A stretch of 64,000 nucleotides of DNA, taken from Eledone cirrhosa. Lineage: Eukaryota. Location of the stretch: positions 31,062,001 through 31,126,000 of the forward strand of contig OZ024742.1 of assembly GCA_964016885.1 (NCBI GenBank). The letters are read 5' to 3'. The notes beneath the pieces were generated by a model. The model did no database searches, was not told the origin of the DNA, and saw nothing but the letters and a program-made list of their open reading frames with translations. A program made the translations under genes and the position numbers. Positions 1-18,000 of the stretch are shown piece by piece. Position 1 is the stretch's first letter; the number at the start of each line of letters is the position of its first letter.

Positions 1-3000
1 CAGTGACCACATGACACAGCAAGCTACAAGACTTACAACCTCTGGTCACACTGTATCACACAACAGTGACCACATGTCACAGCAAGCTACAAGACATACA
101 ACCTCTGGTCACACTGTATCACACAACAGTGACCACATGACACAGCAAGCTACAAGACATTAAACTCTGGTCACCCTGTATCTCACAACAGTGACCACAT
201 GACACAGCAAGCTAGAAGAAATGTAACCTCTGGTCACACTGTATCACACAACAGTGACCACATGACACAGCAAGCTACAAGACATACAACCTCTGGTTAC
301 ACTGTATCACACAACAGTGACCACATGACACAGCAAGCTACAAGACATGTAACCTCTGGTCACACTGTATCACACAACAGTGACCGCATGACACAGAAAG
401 CTACAAAATACACAACATCTGGTCACACTGTATCACACAACAGTGACCACATGACACAGCAAGCTAGAAGACATATAACCTCTCGTCACACTGTATCAGA
501 AAACAGTGACCACACGACACAGCAAGCTACAAGAAATGTCACCTCTGGTCACACTGTATCACACAACAGTGACCACATGAGACAGCAAGCTACAAGACAT
601 ACAACCTCTGGTCACACTGTATCACACAAGAGTGACCACATGACACAGCAAGCTACAAGACATGTAACCTCTGGTCACACTGTATCAGAAAACAGTGACC
701 ACATCACACAGCAAGCTACAAGACATGTAACCTCTGGTCACACTGTATCACACAACAGTGACCACATGACAGAGAAAGCTACAAGACATACAACCTCTGG
801 TCACAATGTATCACACAGTAGTGACCACACGACACAGCAAGCTACAAGAAATGTCACCTCTGGTCACACTGTATCACACAACAGTGACCACATGACACAG
901 CAAGCTACAAGACATATAACCTCTGGTAACACTGTATCACACAACAGTGACCACATGACACAGCAAGCTACAAGACTTACAACCTCTGGTCACACTGTAT
1001 CACACAACAGTGACCACATGTCACAGCAAGCTACAAGACATACAACCTCTGGTCACACTGTATCACACAACAGTGACCACATGACACAGCAAGCTACAAG
1101 ACATTAAACTCTGGTCACCCTGTATCTCACAACAGTGACCACATGACACAGCAAGCTAGAAGAAATGTAACCTCTGGTCACACTGTATCACACAACAGTG
1201 ACCACATGACACAGCAAGCTACAAGACATACAACCTCTGGTTACACTGTATCACACAACAGTGACCACATGACACAGCAAGCTACAAGACATGTAACCTC
1301 TGGTCACACTGTATCACACAACAGTGACCGCATGACACAGAAAGCTACAAAATACACAACATCTGGTCACACTGTATCACACAACAGTGACCACATGACA
1401 CAGCAAGCTAGAAGACATATAACCTCTCGTCACACTGTATCAGAAAACAGTGACCACACGACACAGCAAGCTACAAGAAATGTCACCTCTGGTCACACTG
1501 TATCACACAACAGTGACCACATGAGACAGCAAGCTACAAGACATACAACCTCTGGTCACACTGTATCACACAGTAGTGACCACACGACACAGCAAGCTAC
1601 AAGAAATGTCACATCTGGTCACACTGTATCACACAACAGTGACCACATGACACAGCAAGCTACAAGACATATAACCTCTGGTAACACCGTATCACACAAC
1701 AGTGAACACATGACACAGCAAGCTACAAGACTTACAACCTCTGGTCACACTCTATCACACAACAGTGACCATATAACACAGCAAGCTACAACACATACAA
1801 CCTCTGGTCACACTGTATTTCACAACAGTGACCACATGACACAGCAAGCTACAAGACATGTAACCTCTGATCACACTGTATCAGACAACAGTGACCACAT
1901 GACACAGCAAGCTACATGACATGTAACCTCTGGTCACACTGTATCACACAACAGTGACCACATGACACAGAAAGCTACAAAATATACAACCTCTGGTCAC
2001 AATGTATCACACAACAGTGACCACATGACACAGTAAGCTAGAAGACATATAACCTCTGGTCTCACTGTATCACACAGTAGTGACCATATGACACAGCAAG
2101 CTACAAGACATGTAACCTCTGGTCACACTGTATCTCACAACAGTGACCACATGACACAGCAAGCTACAAGACATGTAACCTCTGGTCACACTGTATCACA
2201 CAACAGTGACCACATGAGACAGCAAGCTACAAGACATACAACCTCTGGTCACAATGTATCACACAGTAGTGACCACACGACACAGCAAGCTACAAGAAAT
2301 GTCACCTCTGGTCACACTGTATCACACAACAGTGAACACATGACACAGCAAGCTACAAGACATATAACCTCTGGTAACACTGTATCACACAACAGTGACC
2401 ACATGACACAGCAAGCTACAAGACTTACAACCTCTGGTCACACTGTATCACACAACAGTGACCACATGTCACAGCAAGCTACAAGACATACAACCTCTGG
2501 TCACACTGTATCACACAACAGTGACCACATGACACAGCAAGCTACAAGACATTCAACATCTGGTCACACTGTATCACACAACAGTGACCACCTGACACAG
2601 CAAGCTACAAGACATATAATCTCTGGTCTCACTGTATCTCACAACAGTGACCACATGACACAGCAAGCTACATGACATGTAACCTCTGGTCACACTGTAT
2701 CACACAACAGTGACCACATGACACAGCAAGCTACAAGACATACAACCTCTGATCACACTGTATCACACAGTAGTGACCAAACGACACAGCAAGCTATAAG
2801 AAATGTAACCTCTGGTCACACTGTATCACACAACAGTGACCACATGACACAGCAAGCTACAAGACATACAACCTCTGGTCACACTGTATCACACAACAGT
2901 GACCACATGCACAGCAAGCTACAAGAAATACAACCTCTGGTCACACTGTATCATACAGTAGTGACCACACCACACAGCAAGCTACAAGAGATATAACCTC

Positions 3001-6000
3001 TGGCAACACTGTATCACACAACAGTGACCACATGACACAGCAAGCTACAAGACATACAACCTCTGGTCACACTGTATATATAGTAGTGACCACACGACTC
3101 AGCAAGCTACAACACATGTAACCTCTGGTCACACTGTATATTACAACAGTGACCACATGACACAGCAAGCTACAAGACATGTAACCTCTGGTCACACTGT
3201 ATCACACAACAGTGACCACATGACACAGCAAGCTACAAGTCATGTAACCTCTGGTCACACTGTATCACACAACAGTGACCACATGACACAGCAAGCTAGA
3301 AGACATATAATCTCTGGTCACACTGTATATCACAACAGTGACCACACGACCCAGCAAGCTATAAGACATACAACCTCTGGTCACACTGTATCACACAATA
3401 GTGACCACATGACACAGCAAGCTACAAGACATGCAACCTCTGGTCACATTGTATCACACAACAGTGACCACATGACACAGCAAGTTACAAGTCATACAAC
3501 CTCTGGTCACACTCTATCTCACAACAGTGACCACATGACACAGCAAGCTACAAGACATACAACCTCTGGTCACACTGTATCACACAGTAGTGACCACACG
3601 ACTCAGCAAGCTACAAGACATGTAACCTCTGGTCACACTGTATCTCACAACAGTGGCCACATGACACAGCAAGCTACAAGACATGTAACCTCTGGTCACA
3701 CTGTATCACACAGTAGTGACCACATGACACAGCAAGCTACAAGACATACAACCTCTGGTCACACTGTATCACACAGCAGTGACCACACGACACAGCATCT
3801 ACAAGAAATGTCACCTCTGGTCACACTGTATATCACAACAGTGACCACATGACACAGCAAGCTACAAGACATACAACCTCTGGTTACACTGTATCACACA
3901 ACAGTGACCACATGACACAGCAAGCTACAAGACATGTAACCTCTGGTCACACTGTATCTCACAACAGTGACCGCATGACACAGAAAGCTACAAAATAGAC
4001 AACATCTGGTCACACTGTATCACACAACAGTGACCACATGACACAGCAAGCTAGAAGACATGTAACCTCTGGTCACACTGTATCACACAACAGTGACCAC
4101 ATGACACAGCAAGCTAGAAGACATATAACCTCTGGTCACACTGTATCACACAGTAGTGACCACATGACACAGCAAGCTACAAGACATGTAACCTCTGGTC
4201 ACACTGTATCAGAAAACAGTGACCACATCACACAGCAAGCTACAAGACATGTAACCTCTGGTCACACTGTATCACACAACAGCGACCACATGACAGATAA
4301 AGCTACAAGACATACAACCTCTGGTCACACTGTATCACACAGTAGTAACCACACGACACAGCAAGCTACAAGAAATGTCACATCTGGTCACACTGTATCA
4401 CACAACAGTGACCATATGACACAGCAAGCTAGAAGACATATAACCTCTGGTCACACTGTATCACACAGTAGTGACCACATGACACAGCAAGCTACAAGAC
4501 ATGTAACCTCTGGTCACACTGTATCAGAAAACAGTGACCACATCACACAGCAAGCTACAAGACATGTAACCTCTGGTCACACTCTATCACACAACAGTGA
4601 CCACATGACAGATAAAGCTACAAGACATACAACCTCTGGTCACACTGTATCACACAGTAGTGACCGCACGACACAGCAGGCTACAAGAAATGTCACATCT
4701 GGTCACACTGTATCACACAACAGTGACCACATGACACAGCAAGCTAGAAGACATATAACCTCTGGTCACACTGTATCACACAGTAGTGACCACATGACAC
4801 AGCAAGCTACAAGACATGTAACCTCTGGTCACACTGTATCAGAAAACAGTGACCACATCACACAGCAAGCTACAAGACATGTAACCTCTGGTCACACTGT
4901 ATCACACAACAGTGACCACATGACAGAGAAAGCTACAAGACATACAACCTCTGGTCACAATGTATCACACAGTAGTGACCACACGACACAGCAAGCTACA
5001 AGAAATGTCACCTCTGGTCACACTGTATCACACAACAGTGACCACATGACACAGCAAGCTACAAGACATATAACCTCTGGTAACACTGTATCACACAACA
5101 GTGACCACATGACACAGCAAGCTACAAGACTTACAACCTCTGGTCACACTGTATCACACAACAGTGACCACATGTCACAGCAAGCTACAAGACATACAAC
5201 CTCTGGTCACACTGTATCACACAACAGTGACCACATGACACAGCAAGCTACAAGACATTAAACTCTGGTCACCCTGTATCTCACAACAGTGACCACATGA
5301 CACAGCAAGCTAGAAGAAATGTAACCTCTGGTCACACTGTATCACACAACAGTGACCACATGACACAGCAAGCTACAAGACATACAACCTCTGGTTACAC
5401 TGTATCACACAACAGTGACCACATGACACAGCAAGCTACAAGACATGTAACCTCTGGTCACACTGTATCACACAACAGTGACCGCATGACACAGAAAGCT
5501 ACAAAATACACAACATCTGGTCACACTGTATCACACAACAGTGACCACATGACACAGCAAGCTAGAAGACATATAACCTCTCGTCACACTGTATCAGAAA
5601 ACAGTGACCACATCACACAGCAAGCTACAGACATGTAACCTCTGGTCACATTGTATCACACAACAGTGACCACATGAGACAGCAAGCTACAAGACATACA
5701 ACCTCTGGTCACACTGTATCACACAGTAGTGACCACACGACACAGCAAGCTACAAGAAATGTCACATCTGGTCACACTGTATCACACAACAGTGACCACA
5801 TGACACAGCAAGCTACAAGACATATAACCTCTGGTAACACCGTATCACACAACAGTGAACACATGACACAGCAAGCTACAAGACTTACAACCTCTGGTCA
5901 CACTCTATCACACAACAGTGACCATATAACACAGCAAGCTACAACACATACAACCTCTGGTCACACTGTATTTCACAACAGTGACCACATGACACAGCAA

Positions 6001-9000
6001 GCTACAAGACATGTAACCTCTGATCACACTGTATCAGACAACAGTGACCACATGACACAGCAAGCTACATGACATGTAACCTCTGGTCACACTGTATCAC
6101 ACAACAGTGACCACATGACACAGAAAGCTACAAAATATACAACCTCTGGTCACAATGTATCACACAACAGTGACCACATGACACAGCAAGCTAGAAGACA
6201 TATAACCTCTGGTCTCACTGTATCACACAGTAGTGACCATATGACACAGCAAGCTACAAGACATGTAACCTCTGGTCACACTGTATCTCACAACAGTGAC
6301 CACATGACACAGCAAGCTACAAGACATGTAACCTCTGGTCACACTGTATCACACAACAGTGACCACATGAGACAGCAAGCTACAAGACATACAACCTCTG
6401 GTCACAATGTATCACACAGTAGTGACCACACGACACAGCAAGCTACAAGAAATGTCACCTCTGGTCACACTGTATCACACAACAGTGAACACATGACACA
6501 GCAAGCTACAAGACATATAACCTCTGGTAACACTGTATCACACAACAGTGACCACATGACACAGCAAGCTACAAGACATACAACCTCTGGTCACACTGTA
6601 TCACACAACAGTGACCACATGTCACAGCAAGCTACAAGACATACAACCTCTGGTCACAGTGTATCACACAACAGTGACCACCTGACACAGCAAGCTACAA
6701 GACATATAATCTCTGGTCTCACTGTATCTCACAACAGTGACCACATGACACAGCAAGCTACATGACATGTAACCTCTGGTCACACTGTATCACACAACAG
6801 TGACCACATGACACAGCAAGCTACAAGACATACAACCTCTGGTCACACTGTATCACACAGTAGTGACCAAACGACACAGCAAGCTATAAGAAATGTAACC
6901 TCTGCTCACACTGTATCACACAACAGTGACCACATGACACAGCAAGCTACAAGACATACAACCTCTGGTCACACTGTATCACACAACAGTGACCACATGC
7001 ACAGCAAGCTACAAGAAATACAACCTCTGGTCACACTGTATCATACAGTAGTGACCACACCACACAGCAAGCTACAAGAGATATAACCTCTGGCAACACT
7101 GTATCACACAACAGTGACCACATGACACAGCAAGCTACAAGACATACAACCTCTGGTCACACTGTATATATAGTAGTGACCACACGACTCAGCAAGCTAC
7201 AACGCATGTAACCTCTGGTCACACTGTATATTACAACAGTGACCACATGACACAGCAAGCTACAAGACATGTAACCTCTGGTCACACTGTATCACACAAC
7301 AGTGACCACATGACACAGCAAGCTACAAGTCATGTAACCTCTGGTCACACTGTATCACACAACAGTGACCACATGACACAGCAAGCTAGAAGACATATAA
7401 TCTCTGGTCACACTGTATATCACAACAGTGACCACACGACCCAGCAAGCTATAAGACATACAACCTCTGGTCACACTGTATCACACAATAGTGACCACAT
7501 GACACAGCAAGCTACAAGACATGCAACCTCTGGTCACATTGTATCACACAACAGTGACCACATGACACAGCAAGTTACAAGTCATACAACCTCTGGTCAC
7601 ACTCTATCTCACAACAGTGACCACATGACACAGCAAGCTACAAGACATACAACCTCTGGTCACACTGTATCACACAGTAGTGACCACACGACTCAGCAAG
7701 CTACAAGACATGTAACCTCTGGTCACACTGTATCTCACAACAGTGGCCACATGACACAGCAAGCTACAAGACATGTAACCTCTGGTCACACTGTATCACA
7801 CAGTAGTGACCACATGACACAGCAAGCTACAAGACATACAACCTCTGGTCACACTGTATCACACAGCAGTGACCACACGACACAGCATCTACAAGAAATG
7901 TCACCTCTGGTTACACTGTATATCACAACAGTGACCACATGACACAGCAAGCTACAAGACATACAACCTCTGGTTACACTGTATCACACAACAGTGACCA
8001 AATGACACAGCAAGCTACAAGACATGTAACCTCTGGTCACACTGTATCTCACAACAGTGACCGCATGACACAGAAAGCTACAAAATACACAACATCTGGT
8101 CACACTGTATCACACAACAGTGACCACATGACACAGCAAGCTAGAAGACATGTAACCTCTGGTCACACTGTATCACACAACAGTGACCACATGACACAGC
8201 AAGCTAGAAGACATATAACCTCTGGTCACACTGTATCACACAGTAGTTACCACATGACACAGCAAGCTACAAGACATGTAACCTCTGGTCACACTGTATC
8301 AGAAAACAGTGACCACATCACACAGCAAGCTACAAGACATGTAACCTCTGGTCACACTGTATCACACAACAGTGACCACATGACAGATAAAGCTACAAGA
8401 CATACAACCTCTGGTCACACTGTATCACACAGTAGTGACCACACGACACAGCAAGCTACAAGAAATGTCACATCTGGTCACACTGTATCACACAACAGTG
8501 ACCACATGACACAGCAAGCTAGAAGACATATAACCTCTGGTCACACTGTATCACACAGTAGTGACCACATGACACAGCAAGCTACAAGACATGTAACCTC
8601 TGGTCACACTGTATCAGAAAACAGTGACCACATCACACAGCAAGCTACAAGACATGTAACCTCTGGTCACACTGTATCACACAACAGTGACCACATGACA
8701 GAGAAAGCTACAAGACATACAACCTCTGGTCACAATGTATCACACAGTAGTGACCACACGACACAGCAAGCTACAAGAAATGTCACCTCTGGTCACACTG
8801 TATCACACAACAGTGACCACATGACACAGCAAGCTACAAGACATATAACCTCTGGTCACACTGTATCACACAACAGTGACCACATGTCACAGCAAGCTAC
8901 AAGACATACAACCTCTTGTCACTCTGTATCACACAACAGTGACCACATGACACAGCAAGCTAGAAGACATATAACCTCTGGTCACACTGTATCACACAGT

Positions 9001-12000
9001 AGTGACCACATGACACAGCAAGCTAGAAGACATATAACCTCTGGTCACACTGTATCACACAGTAGTGACCACATGACACAGCAAGCTACAAGACATACAA
9101 CCTCTGTTCACACTGTATCACACAACAGTGACCACATGACACAGCAAGCTACAAGACATGTAACCTTTGGTCACACTGTATCACACAACAGTGACCACAT
9201 AACACAGCAAGCTACAAGACATGCAACCCCTGGTCACACTGTATCACACAACAGTGACCATATGACACAGCAAGCTACAAGACATACAACCTCTGGTCAC
9301 ACTGTATCACACAACAGTGACCACATGACACAGCAAGCTACAAGACATGCAACCTCTGGTCACACTGTATCACACAACAGTGACCACATGACACAGCAAG
9401 CTACAAGACATTAAACTCTGGTCACCCTGTATCTCACAACAGTGTCCACATGACACAGCAAGCTACAAGACATGTAACCTCTGGTCACACTGTATCTCAC
9501 AACAGTGACCACATGACACAGCAAGCTAGAAGACATATAATCTCTGGTCACACTGTATATCACAACAGTGACCACACGACCCAGCAAGCTATAAGACATA
9601 CAACCTCTGGTTACACTGTATCACACAATAGTGACCACATGACACAGCAAGCTACAAGACATGCAACCTCTGGTCACATTGTATCACACAACAGTGACCA
9701 CATGACACAGCAAGTTACAAGTCATACAACCTCTGGTCACACTCTATCTCACAACAGTGACCACATGACACAGCAAGCTACAAGACATACAACCTCTGGT
9801 CACACTGTATCACACAGTAGTGACCACACGACTCAGCAAGCTACAAGACATGTAACCTCTGGTCACACTGTATCTCACAACAGTGACCACATGACACAGC
9901 AAGCTACAAGACATGTAACCTCTGGTCACACTGTATCACACAGTAGTGACCACATGACACAGCAAGCTACAAGACATACAACCTCTGGTCACACTGTATC
10001 ACACAGTAGTGACCACACGACACAGCATCTACAAGAAATGTCACCTCTGGTCACACTGTATATCACAACAGTGACCACATGACACAGCAAGCTACAAGAC
10101 ATACATCCTCTGGTTACACTGTATCACACAACAGTGACCACATGACACAGCAAGCTACAAGACATGTAACCTCTGGTCACACTGTATCTCACAACAGTGA
10201 CCGCATGACACAGAAAGCTACAAAATACACAACATCTGGTCACACTGTATCACACAACAGTGACCACATGACACAGCAAGCTAGAAGACATGTAACCTCT
10301 GGTCACACTGTATCACACAACAGTGACCACATGACACAGCAAGCTACAAGACATATAACCTCTGGTCACACTGTATCACACAGTAGTGACCACATGACAC
10401 AGCAAGCTACAAGACATGTAACCTCTGGTCACACTGTATCAGAAAACAGTGACCACATCACACAGCAAGCTACAAGACATGTAACCTCTGGTCACACTGT
10501 ATCACACAACAGTGACCACATGACAGATAAAGCTACAAGACATACAACCTCTGGTCACACTGTATCACACAGTAGTGACCACACGACACAGCAAGCTACA
10601 AGAAATGTCACATCTGGTCACACTGTATCACACAACAGTGACCACATGACACAGCAAGCTAGAAGACATATAACCTCTGGTCACACTGTATCACACAGTA
10701 GTGACCACATGACACAGCAAGCTACAAGACATGTAACCTCTGGTCACACTGTATCAGAAAACAGTGACCACATCACACAGCAAGCTACAAGACATGTAAC
10801 CTCTGGTCACACTGTATCACACAACAGTGACCACATGACAGAGAGAGCTACAAGACATACAACCTCTGGTCACAATGTATCACACAGTAGTGACCACACG
10901 ACACAGCAAGCTACAAGAAATGTCACCTCTGGTCACACTGTATCACACAACAGTGACCACATGACACAGCAAGCTACAAGACATATAACCTCTGGTCACA
11001 CTGTATCACACAACAGTGACCACATGTCACAGCAAGCTACAAGACATACAACCTCTGGTCACACTGTATCACACAACAGTGACCACATGACACAGCAAGC
11101 TACAAGACATTAAACTCTGGTCACCCTGTATCTCACAACAGTGACCACATGACACAGCAAGCTAGAAGAAATGTAACCTCTGGTCACACTGTATCACACA
11201 ACAGTGACCACATGACACAGCAAGCTACAAGACATACAACCTCTGGTTACACTGTATCACACAACAGTGACCACATGACACAGCAAGCTACAAGACATGT
11301 AACCTCTGGTCACATTGTATCTCACAACACTGACCACATGACACAGCAAGTTACAAGACATGTAACCTCTGGTCACACTGTATCACACAACAGTGACCGC
11401 ATGACACAGAAAGCTACAGAATACACAACATCTGGTCACACTGTATCACACAACAGTGACCACATGACACAGCAAGCTAGAAGACATATAACCTCTCGTC
11501 ACACTGTATCAGAAAACAGTGACCACATCACACAGCAAGCTACAGACATGTAACCTCTGGTCACATTGTATCACACAACAGTGACCACATGACACAGCAA
11601 GCTAGAAGACATATAACCTATGGTCTCACTGTATCACACAGTAGTGAGCCTATGACCAAGCAAGCTACAAGACATGTAACCTCTGGTCACACTGTATCAC
11701 ACAACAGTGACCACATGACACAGCAAGCTACAAGACATGTAACCTCTGGTCACACTGTATCACACAACAGTGACCACATGAGACAGCAAGCTACAAGACA
11801 TACAACCTCTGGTCACACTGTATCACACTGTAGTGACCACACGACTCAGCAAGCTACAAGACATGTAACCTCTGGTCACACTGTATATCACAACAGTGAC
11901 CACATGACACAGCAAGCTACAAGACATATAACCTCTGGTAACACTCTATCACACAACAGTGACCACATGACACAGCAAGCTACAAGACTTGCAACCTCTG

Positions 12001-15000
12001 GTCACACTCTATCACACAACAGTGACCATATGACACAGCTAGCTACAACACATACAACCTCTGGTCACACTGTATCTCACAACAGTGACCACATGACACA
12101 GCAAGCTACAAGACATGTAACCTCTGGTCACACTTTATCAGACAACAGTGACCACATGACACAGCAAGCTACATGACATGTAACCTCTGGTCACACTGTA
12201 TCACACAACAGTGACCACATGACACAGAAAGCTACAAAATATACAACCTCTGGTCACAATGTATCACACAACAGTGACCACATGACACAGCAAGCTAGAA
12301 GACATATAACCTCTGGTCTCACTGTATCACACAGTAGTGACCATATGACACAGCAAGCTACAAGACATGTAACCTCTGGTCACACTGTATCTCACAACAG
12401 TCACCACATGACACAGCAAGCTAGAAGACATATAACCTCTGGTCACACTGTATCACACAACAGTGACCACATGAGACAGCAAGCTACAAGACATACAACC
12501 TCTGGTCACACTGTATCACACAGTAGTGACCACACGACTCAGCAAGCTACAAGACATGTAACCTCTGGTCACACTGTATATCACAACAGTGACCACATGA
12601 CACAGCAAGCTACAAGACATACAACCTCTGGTCACACTGTATCACATAGTAGAGACCACACGACTCAGCAAGTTACAAGACATGTAACCTCTGGTCACAC
12701 TGTATCTGACAACAGTGACCACATGACACAGCAAGCTACAAGACATGTAACCTCTGCTCACACTGTATCACACAACAGGGACCACATGACACAACAAGCT
12801 ACAAGACATGTAACCTCTGGTCACACTGTATCTCACAACAGTGACCACATGACACAGCAAGTTACAAGACATGTAACCTCTGGTCACACTGTATCTCACA
12901 ACAGTGACCACATGACACAGCAAGTTACAAGACATGTAACCTCTGGTCACACTGTATCACACAACAGTGACCACATGGCACAGCAGGCTACAAGAAATAC
13001 AACCTCTGGTCACACTGTATCATACAGTAGTGACCACACCATACAGCAAGCTACAAGAGATATAACCTCTGGTAACACTGTATCACACAACAGTGACCAC
13101 ATGACACACGAAGCTACAAGACATACAACCTCTGTTCACACTGTATCACACAACAGTGACCACATGACACAGCAAGCTACAAGACATGTAACCTCTGGTC
13201 ACACTGTATCACATAACAGTGACCACATGACACAGCAAGCTACAAGACATGCAACCTCTGGTCACACTGTATCACACAACAGTGACCACATGACACAGCA
13301 AGCTACAAGACATACAACCTCTGGTCACACTGTATACATAGTAGTGACCACACGACTCAGCAAGCTACAACACATGTAACCTCTGGTCACACTGTATCTT
13401 ACAACAGTGACCACATGACACAGCAAGCTACAAGACATGTAACCTCTGGTCACACTGTATCACACACCAGTGACCACATGACACAGCAAGCTACAAGACA
13501 TGTAACCTCTGGTCACACTGTATCACACAACAGTGACCACATGACACAGCAAGCTAGAAGACATATAACCTCTGGTCACACTGTATATCACAACAGTGAC
13601 CACATGACACAGCAAGCTATAAGAATACAACCTCTGGTCACACTGTATCACACAGTAGTGACCAAACGACACAGCAAGCTATAAGAAATGTAACCTCTGG
13701 TCACACTGTATCACACAACAGTGACCACATGACACAGCAAGCTACAAGACATACAACCTCTGGTCACACTGTATCACACAACAGTGACCACATGGCACAG
13801 CAAGCTACAAGAAATACAACCTCTGGTCACACTGTATCATACAGTAGTGACCACACCATACAGCAAGCTACAAGAGATATAACCTCTGGTAACACTGTAT
13901 CACACAACAGTGACCACATGACACACCAAGCTACAAGACATACAACCTCTGTTCACACTGTATCACACAACAGTGACCACATGACACAGCAAGCTACAAG
14001 ACATGTAACCTCTGGTCACACTGTATCACATAACAGTGACCACATGACACAGCAAGCTACAAGACATGCAATCTCTGGTCACACTGTATCACACAACAGT
14101 GACCACATGACACAGCAAGCTACAAGACATACAACCTCTGGTCACACTGTATACATAGTAGTGACCACACGACTCAGCAAGCTACAACACATGTAACCTC
14201 TGGTCACACTGTATCTTACAACAGTGACCACATGACACAGCAAGCTACAAGACATGTAACCTCTGGTCACACTGTATCACACACCAGTGACCACATGACA
14301 CAGCAAGCTACAAGACATGTAACCTCTGGTCACACTGTATCACACAACAGTGACCACATGACACAGCAAGCTAGAAGACATATAACCTCTGGTCACACTG
14401 TATATCACAACAGTGACCACATGACACAGCAAGCTATAAGAATACAACCTCTGGTTACACTGTATCACACAATAGTGACCACATGACACAGCAAGCGACA
14501 AGACATGCAACCTCTGGTCATATTGTATCACACAACAGTGACCACATGACACAGCAAGTTACAAGTCATACAACCTCTGGTCACACTGATCTCATAACAG
14601 TGACCACATGACACAGCAAGCTACAAGACATACAACCTCTGGTCACACTGTATCACACAACAGTGACCACATGACACAGCAAGCTACAAGACATGTAATC
14701 TCTGGTCACACTGTATCTCACAACAGTGACCACATGACACAGCAAGTTACAAGAGATACAACCTCTGGTCACACTGTATCACACAACAGTGACCACATGA
14801 CACAGCAAGCTACAAGACATGCAACCTCTGGTCACACTGTATCAGACAACAGTGACCACATGACACAGCAAGCTACAAGACATGTAACCTCTGGTCACAC
14901 TGTATCACACAACAGTGACCACATGACACAGCAAGCTAGAAGACATATAACCTCTGGTCACACTGTATCACACAACAGTGACCACATGACACAGCAAGCT

Positions 15001-18000
15001 ACAAGACTTACAACCTCTGGTCACACTGTATCACACAGTAGTGACCAGATGACGCAGCAAGCTACAAGACATGTAACCTCTGGTCACACTGTATCTCACA
15101 ACAGTGATCACATGACACAGCAAGCTACAAGACATGTAACCTCTGGTCACACTGTATATCACAACAGTGACCACATGACACAGCAAGCTACAAGACATAC
15201 AACCTCTGGTCACACTGTATCATATAATAGTGACCACATGACACAGCAAGCTACAAGACATACAAACTCTGGTCACACTGTATCACACAACAGTGACCAC
15301 ATGACACAGCAAGCTACAAGACATACAAACTCTGGTCACACTGTATCACACAACAGTGACCACATGACACAGCAAGCTACAAGACATGTAATCTCTGGTC
15401 ACACTGTATCTCACAACAGTGACCACATGATACAGCAAGCTACAACACATGTAACCTCTGGTCACACTGTATCAGACAACAGTGACCACATGACACAGCA
15501 AGCTATAAGACATGTAACCTCTGGTAACACTGTATCAGACAACAGTGACCACATGACACAGCAAGCTACAAGACATACAAACTCTGGTCACACTGTATCA
15601 CACAACAGTGACCACATGACACAGCAAGCTACAAGACATACAAACTCTGGTCACACTGTATCACACAACAGTGACCACATGACACAGCAAGCTACAAGAC
15701 ATACAAACTCTGGTCACACTGTATCACACAACAGTGACCACATGACACAGCAAGCTACAAGACATGTAACCTATGGTCACACTGTATATGACAACAGTGA
15801 CCATATGACACAGCAAGCTACAAGACATACAAACTCTGGTCACACTGTATCACACAACAGTGACCACATGACACAGCAAGCTACAAGAAATGTAACCTCT
15901 GGTCACACTGTATCTCACAACAGTGACCACATGACACAGCAAGCTACAAACATACAACCTCTGGTCACCCTGTATCACACAACAGTGACCACATGACACA
16001 GCAAGCTACAAGACATGTAACCTCTGGTCACACTGTATCACACAAAAGTGACCACATGACATAGCAAGCTAGAAGACATGTAACCTCTGCTCACACTGTA
16101 TCACACAGTAGTGACCACATGACACAGAAAGCTACAAGACATACAACCTCTGGTCACACTGTATCACACAACAGTGACCACATTACACAGCAAGCTACAA
16201 GACATTAACCCCTGGTCACCTTGTATCTCACAACAGTGACCACATGTCACAGCAAGCTACAAGACATGTAACCTCTGGTCACACAGAATCTCACAACAGT
16301 GACCAGATGACACAGCAAGCTACAAGACATACAACCTCTGGTCACACTGTATATCACAACAGTGACCAGATGACACAGCAAGCTACAAGACATACAACCT
16401 CTGGTCACACTGTATCACACAACAGTGACCACATGACACAGCAAGCTACAAGACATGTAACCTCTGGTCACACTGTATCACATAACAGTGACCACATGAC
16501 ACAGCAAGCTACAAGACATGCAATCTCTGGTCACACTGTATCACACAACAGTGACCACATGACACAGCAAGCTACAAGACATACAACCTCTGGTCACACT
16601 GTATACATAGTAGTGACCACACGACTCAGCAAGCTACAACACATGTAACCTCTGGTCACACTGTATCTTACAACAGTGACCACATGACACAGCAAGCTAC
16701 AAGACATGTAACCTCTGGTCACACTGTATCACACACCAGTGACCACATGACACAGCAAGCTACAAGACATGTAACCTCTGGTCACACTGTATCACACAAC
16801 AGTGACCACATGACACAGCAAGCTAGAAGACATATAACCTCTGGTCACACTGTATATCACAACAGTGACCACATGACACAGCAAGCTATAAGAATACAAC
16901 CTCTGGTTACACTGTATCACACAATAGTGACCACATGACACAGCAAGCGACAAGACATGCAACCTCTGGTCATATTGTATCACACAACAGTGACCACATG
17001 ACACAGCAAGTTACAAGTCATACAACCTCTGGTCACACTGATCTCATAACAGTGACCACATGACACAGCAAGCTACAAGACATACAACCTCTGGTCACAC
17101 TGTATCACACAACAGTGACCACATGACACAGCAAGCTACAAGACATGTAATCTCTGGTCACACTGTATCTCACAACAGTGACCACATGACACAGCAAGTT
17201 ACAAGAGATACAACCTCTGGTCACACTGTATCACACAACAGTGACCACATGACACAGCAAGCTACAAGACATGCAACCTCTGGTCACACTGTATCAGACA
17301 ACAGTGACCACATGACACAGCAAGCTACAAGACATGTAACCTCTGGTCACACTGTATCACACAACAGTGACCACATGACACAGCAAGCTAGAAGACATAT
17401 AACCTCTGGTCACACTGTATCACACAACAGTGACCACATGACACAGCAAGCTACAAGACTTACAACCTCTGGTCACACTGTATCACACAGTAGTGACCAG
17501 ATGACTCAGCAAGCTACAAGACATGTAACCTCTGGTCACACTGTATCTCACAACAGTGATCACATGACACAGCAAGCTACAAGACATGTAACCTCTGGTC
17601 ACACTGTATATCACAACAGTGACCACATGACACAGCAAGCTACAAGACATACAACCTCTGGTCACACTGTATCATATAATAGTGACCACATGACACAGCA
17701 AGCTACAAGACATACAAACTCTGGTCACACTGTATCACACAACAGTGACCACATGACACAGCAAGCTACAAGACATACAAACTCTGGTCACACTGTATCA
17801 CACAACAGTGACCACATGACACAGCAAGCTACAAGACATGTAATCTCTGGTCACACTGTATCTCACAACAGTGACCACATGATACAGCAAGCTACAACAC
17901 ATGTAACCTCTGGTCACACTGTATCAGACAACAGTGACCACATGACACAGCAAGCTATAAGACATGTAACCTCTGGTAACACTGTATCAGACAACAGTGA